Shown: positions 60,778 through 64,000 of the stretch, one piece after another | Numbering within the stretch: the first letter of the stretch is position 1 | Layout: every line of letters starts with the position of its first letter | Assembly: GCA_038087875.1 (NCBI GenBank) | Contig: JAXLNO010000796.1 | Span: forward strand, 124,001 to 188,000 | Direction of reading: 5' to 3' | Origin: Malacoraja senta | Taxonomy: Eukaryota | DNA length: 64,000 nt | Position numbers and translations under genes: made by a program | Notes under the pieces: model-generated | What the model saw: the letters and a program-made list of their open reading frames with translations, nothing else | The model's database searches: none | What the model was told of the DNA's origin: nothing

Positions 60778-63030
60778 CAATAGACAATAGACAATAGGTG
60801 CAGGAGTAGGCCATTCGGCCTCCGAGCCAGCACCGCCATTCAATGTCATCATGGCTGATCATCCCCAATCAGTACCCCGTTCCTGCCTTCTCCCCATATC
60901 CCCTGACTCCGCTATTTTTAAGAGCCCTATAGAAACATAGAAAATAGGTGCAGGAATAGGCCATTCGGCCCTTCGAGCCAGCACCGCCATTCAATATGAT
61001 CATGGCTGATCATCCAACTCAGTATCCTGTAGCTGCTTTCTCTCCATACCCCCTAATACCTTTAGCCACAAGGGCCACATCTAACTCCCTCTTAAATATA
61101 GCCAATGAACTGGCCTGAACTACATTCTGTGGCAGAGAATTCCAGAGACACTATCTAGCTCTCTCTTGAAAGCATCCAGAGAACCTGCCTCAACCGCCCT
61201 CTGAGGCAGAGACTTCCACAGACTCACCACTCTCTGTGAGATAAAGTGTTTCCTCATCTCCGTTCTAAATGGCTTACTTCTTATTCTTAAACTGTGGCCC
61301 CTGGTTCTGGACCTCCAACATCGGGAACATGTTTCCTGCCTCTAGCGTGTCCAAACCCTTAACAAACTTATATGTTTCAATGAGATCCCCCTCATCCTTC
61401 TAAACTACAGAGTGTACAAGCCCAGCTGCTCCATTCTCTCAGCATATGACAGTCCCGCCATCCCGGGAATTAACCTTGCAAACCTACGCTGCACTCCCTC
61501 AATAGCAAGAATGTCCTTCTTCAAATTAGGGGACCAAAACTGCACACAATACTCCAGGTGTGGTCTCACTAGGGCTCTGTACAAATGCAGAAGGACCTCT
61601 TTGCTCCTATATTCGATTCTTCTTGTTATAAAGGCCAACATGCCATTCGCTTTCTTCACTGCCTGCTGAACCTGCATGCTTACTTTCATAGACTGATGAA
61701 CACGGACCCCCAGATCCCGTTGTACTTCCCATTTTCCCAACTTGACACCATTTAGATAGCAATCTGCCTTCCAAAGTGGATAACCTCACATTTATCCACA
61801 TTAAACTTCATCTGCCATGCATCTGCCCACTCCCCCAACCTGACCAAGTCACCCTGCATTCTCATTGCATCCTCCTCACAGTTTACACTGCCACCCAGCT
61901 TTGTGTCATCTGCAAATTTGCTAATGTTACTTTGAATCTCTTCATCCAAATCATTGATGTATATTGTAAATAGCTGCGGTACCAGACCGAGCCTTGCCAT
62001 ACCCCACTAGTCACTGCCTGCCATTCTGAAAGGAACCCATTAATCCCTACTCTTTCTTTCCTGTCTGCCAATCACTTCTCTATCCGTCAGCACTCTACCC
62101 TCAATACCATGTGCCCTCATTTTGCCCACTAATCTCCTATGTGGGACCTTTTCAAATGCTTTCTGAAAGGTACTCTACATCCACTGGCTCTCCCTTGTCC
62201 ATTTTCCTAGTTACATCTTTAAAAAATTCCAGAATATTGGTCAAGCATGATTTCCCCTTCGTAAATCCACGCTAACTAGGACCGATCCTGTTACTGCTAT
62301 CCAAATGTGCGGCTATTTCATCTTTTATAATTGACTCCAGCATCTTCCCCACCACCGATGTCAGGCTAACTGGTCTATAATTCCCTGTTTTCTCTCTCGC
62401 TCCTTTCTTGAAAAGTGGGATGACATTAGCTATCGCCCAATCCACAGGAACTGATCCTGTATCTATTGAACATTGGAAAATGATCACCAATGCTTCCACT
62501 ATTTCTAGACCCACCTCCACGAGGACCCTGGGATGCAGACCATCAGGACCAGGGGATTTATCATCCTTCAGTCCCATTAGCCTACCCAATACTATTTCTC
62601 CCCTAATGAAAATTTATTTCAGTTCCTCTACCCCCTTAGATCCTCTGTCCTCCAGTACTTCTGGGAGATTGTTTGTGTCTTCCTTAGTGAAGACAGATCG
62701 GAAGTACCTGTTCAACTCTTCTGCCATTTCCTTGTTACCCATAATAATTTCACCCACGTCTGCCTTCAAGGGACCCACATTTGACTTTGCTACTCTTTTT
62801 CCCTTAACATATCTAAAGAAGCTTTTACTGTCCTTCTTTATATTCCTGGCCAGCTTCCCTTCGTACTTCATCTTTTCAGCCCGTATTGCCCGTTTTGTTT
62901 CCTTCTGTTCTATGAAAGTTTCCCAATCCTCTGTCTTCCGGCTACTCTTTGCTGTGTTGTACATCTTTTCTTTCAGTTTTATTCTATCCCTAACTTCTCT
63001 TGTCAACCACGGTTGCCTCCCACTTCCCTT
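60778..63030 (-). mobile_element. 5-prime-truncated CR1 ORF2 with a nested CR1 3-prime end at about 60930-61150
   Basis: DSKSFFRYVKGK, KSPGPDGLHPRV, NYRPVSLTS, FADD and VRPHLEYC, with frameshifts. Confidence 0.9.
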
Positions 63031-63169
63031 AGTTGAGAAAAAATCAGGAAGTAAAACAGCCCGGAGATAAAAATAGACGAATCATTGTGGTTGAATTGCA
63101 TAAAAGCTCTTAATGCAGACTTAACCATTGCTCTGAATTTTGCTTCAGGTCCTGAATGTGATATGAGTT

Positions 63170-63370
63170 TGTATGTTGGTTGCACCAAGCTTCAGTGCGT
63201 CCCTCAGCACGTTTTCCTGCAGTCTGGAGTGAGTCAAGTGGCAACATTCCCTGATGGACCACACTTTGACATATCGTTGCTTCATTCCTCAGCACAGTAA
63301 CAGTGTGTGGGAGATGGGGCAATGTTCCTGTCCTTATAATCCAGCCTTTGACCCACAGTGAGCAGCACCA
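63170..63370 (-). mobile_element. Tx1-like L1 3-prime remnant
   Basis: Minus frame CCHLTHSRLQENVLRDALKLGAT resembles the conserved C-terminus of fish Tx1-like ORF2 as I recall it. Confidence 0.55.
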
Positions 63371-63597
63371 GAACGGAAGTATTGCAATTGAAGTTTTATC
63401 TTTAGAAACAAAATAGACACTTCCTCACTCTTACATTCAATGGCCTTAGCATTGAAGGCAAGCATACCATACGCATTCTTCACTACCCTAACTACTTGTG
63501 CTGCCACTTTCCGTGAGCTATCAACTTGGACTCCAAATGCACTGAAGATATGTGTCTCAAACTGGCTCAGTCTAAATTTCTATGTTTTTTCCCACAG

Positions 63598-63697
63598 GGA
63601 ATCCACAAAATGAGGCCCACGTTTTTCTGCAGCAGTTTTCCAGCTGGTTTGATGTTCGGTGTCTTTGTTTTCCTGCTTCGAACTGTTTCCACACAGA
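63598..63697 (+). CDS. Probable signal-peptide exon of a second, plus-strand secreted or membrane protein gene (MRPTFFCSSFPAGLMFGVFVFLLRTVSTQ, phase 1)
   Basis: Strong acceptor TTTCTATGTTTTTTCCCACAG, ATG at 63610, 29 codons plus 1 nt, perfect GTAAGT donor at 63698. Hydrophobic core LMFGVFVFLL. No downstream domain exon lies in the window. Confidence 0.55.
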
Positions 63698-64000
63698 GTA
63701 AGTGCTTTCTCTTCACCGGTCACAACCACGTTGCTTTACTTTATCATTGTCCGTGTAAACCCACACCCCATTGTCAATCTCTCTTTCCTCTCCAAGTCCC
63801 ACAAAACCACCCATCCTTGCTGGAGCTCCATTTCTGAGCCTCTCCCATTAGCTCCCTCCCTCCCCTTCCCCTGCACCAACATGGTCCTTTTCAAAGTCAG
63901 AAATGGCCCCCGGTGAGTAGTGTGACATAGTTGTCCACACCATCCTCCCCAACATCTCCCCACCACAGTCCAGGTAGGTGGAACTGCCCTTGACTTATAG

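Overview
Eukaryotic, repeat-dense vertebrate DNA. The repeat content (HE1/V-SINE-type SINEs, CR1 LINEs with (CTATGTTT)n tails, Penelope-type termini) points to a cartilaginous fish, probably a skate or ray (inference). The one host gene I can reconstruct is a minus-strand MHC class I-like heavy chain. Its exons are leader 30753-30804, alpha1 26554-26814, alpha2 24533-24808, alpha3 23064-23336 and TM/cytoplasmic about 15090-15223, all with GT-AG boundaries and phase-1 junctions. It has an HLA-like X1-X2-Y-CCAAT promoter and a strongly hydrophobic, non-classical (CD1/EPCR-like) predicted groove. It also has an in-frame TAG in alpha3 and a Passport-like Tc1 inserted 13 nt from the TM acceptor. 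Other highlights: a teleost-like CORE-SINE nested in that Tc1; a CR1>hAT>L1 nest with recognisable TSDs; a near-intact full-length CR1 with a 90/91-bp monomer array and a possible -1 frameshift junction; a 1.8-kb near-perfect CR1 inverted repeat; many Penelope-derived hairpin elements with hammerhead-ribozyme cores; and a probable signal-peptide exon of a second, plus-strand gene at the window end. Exon, TIR and TSD coordinates were read base by base. Boundaries of degenerate repeats are approximate. Family names come from motif recognition, not database searches.
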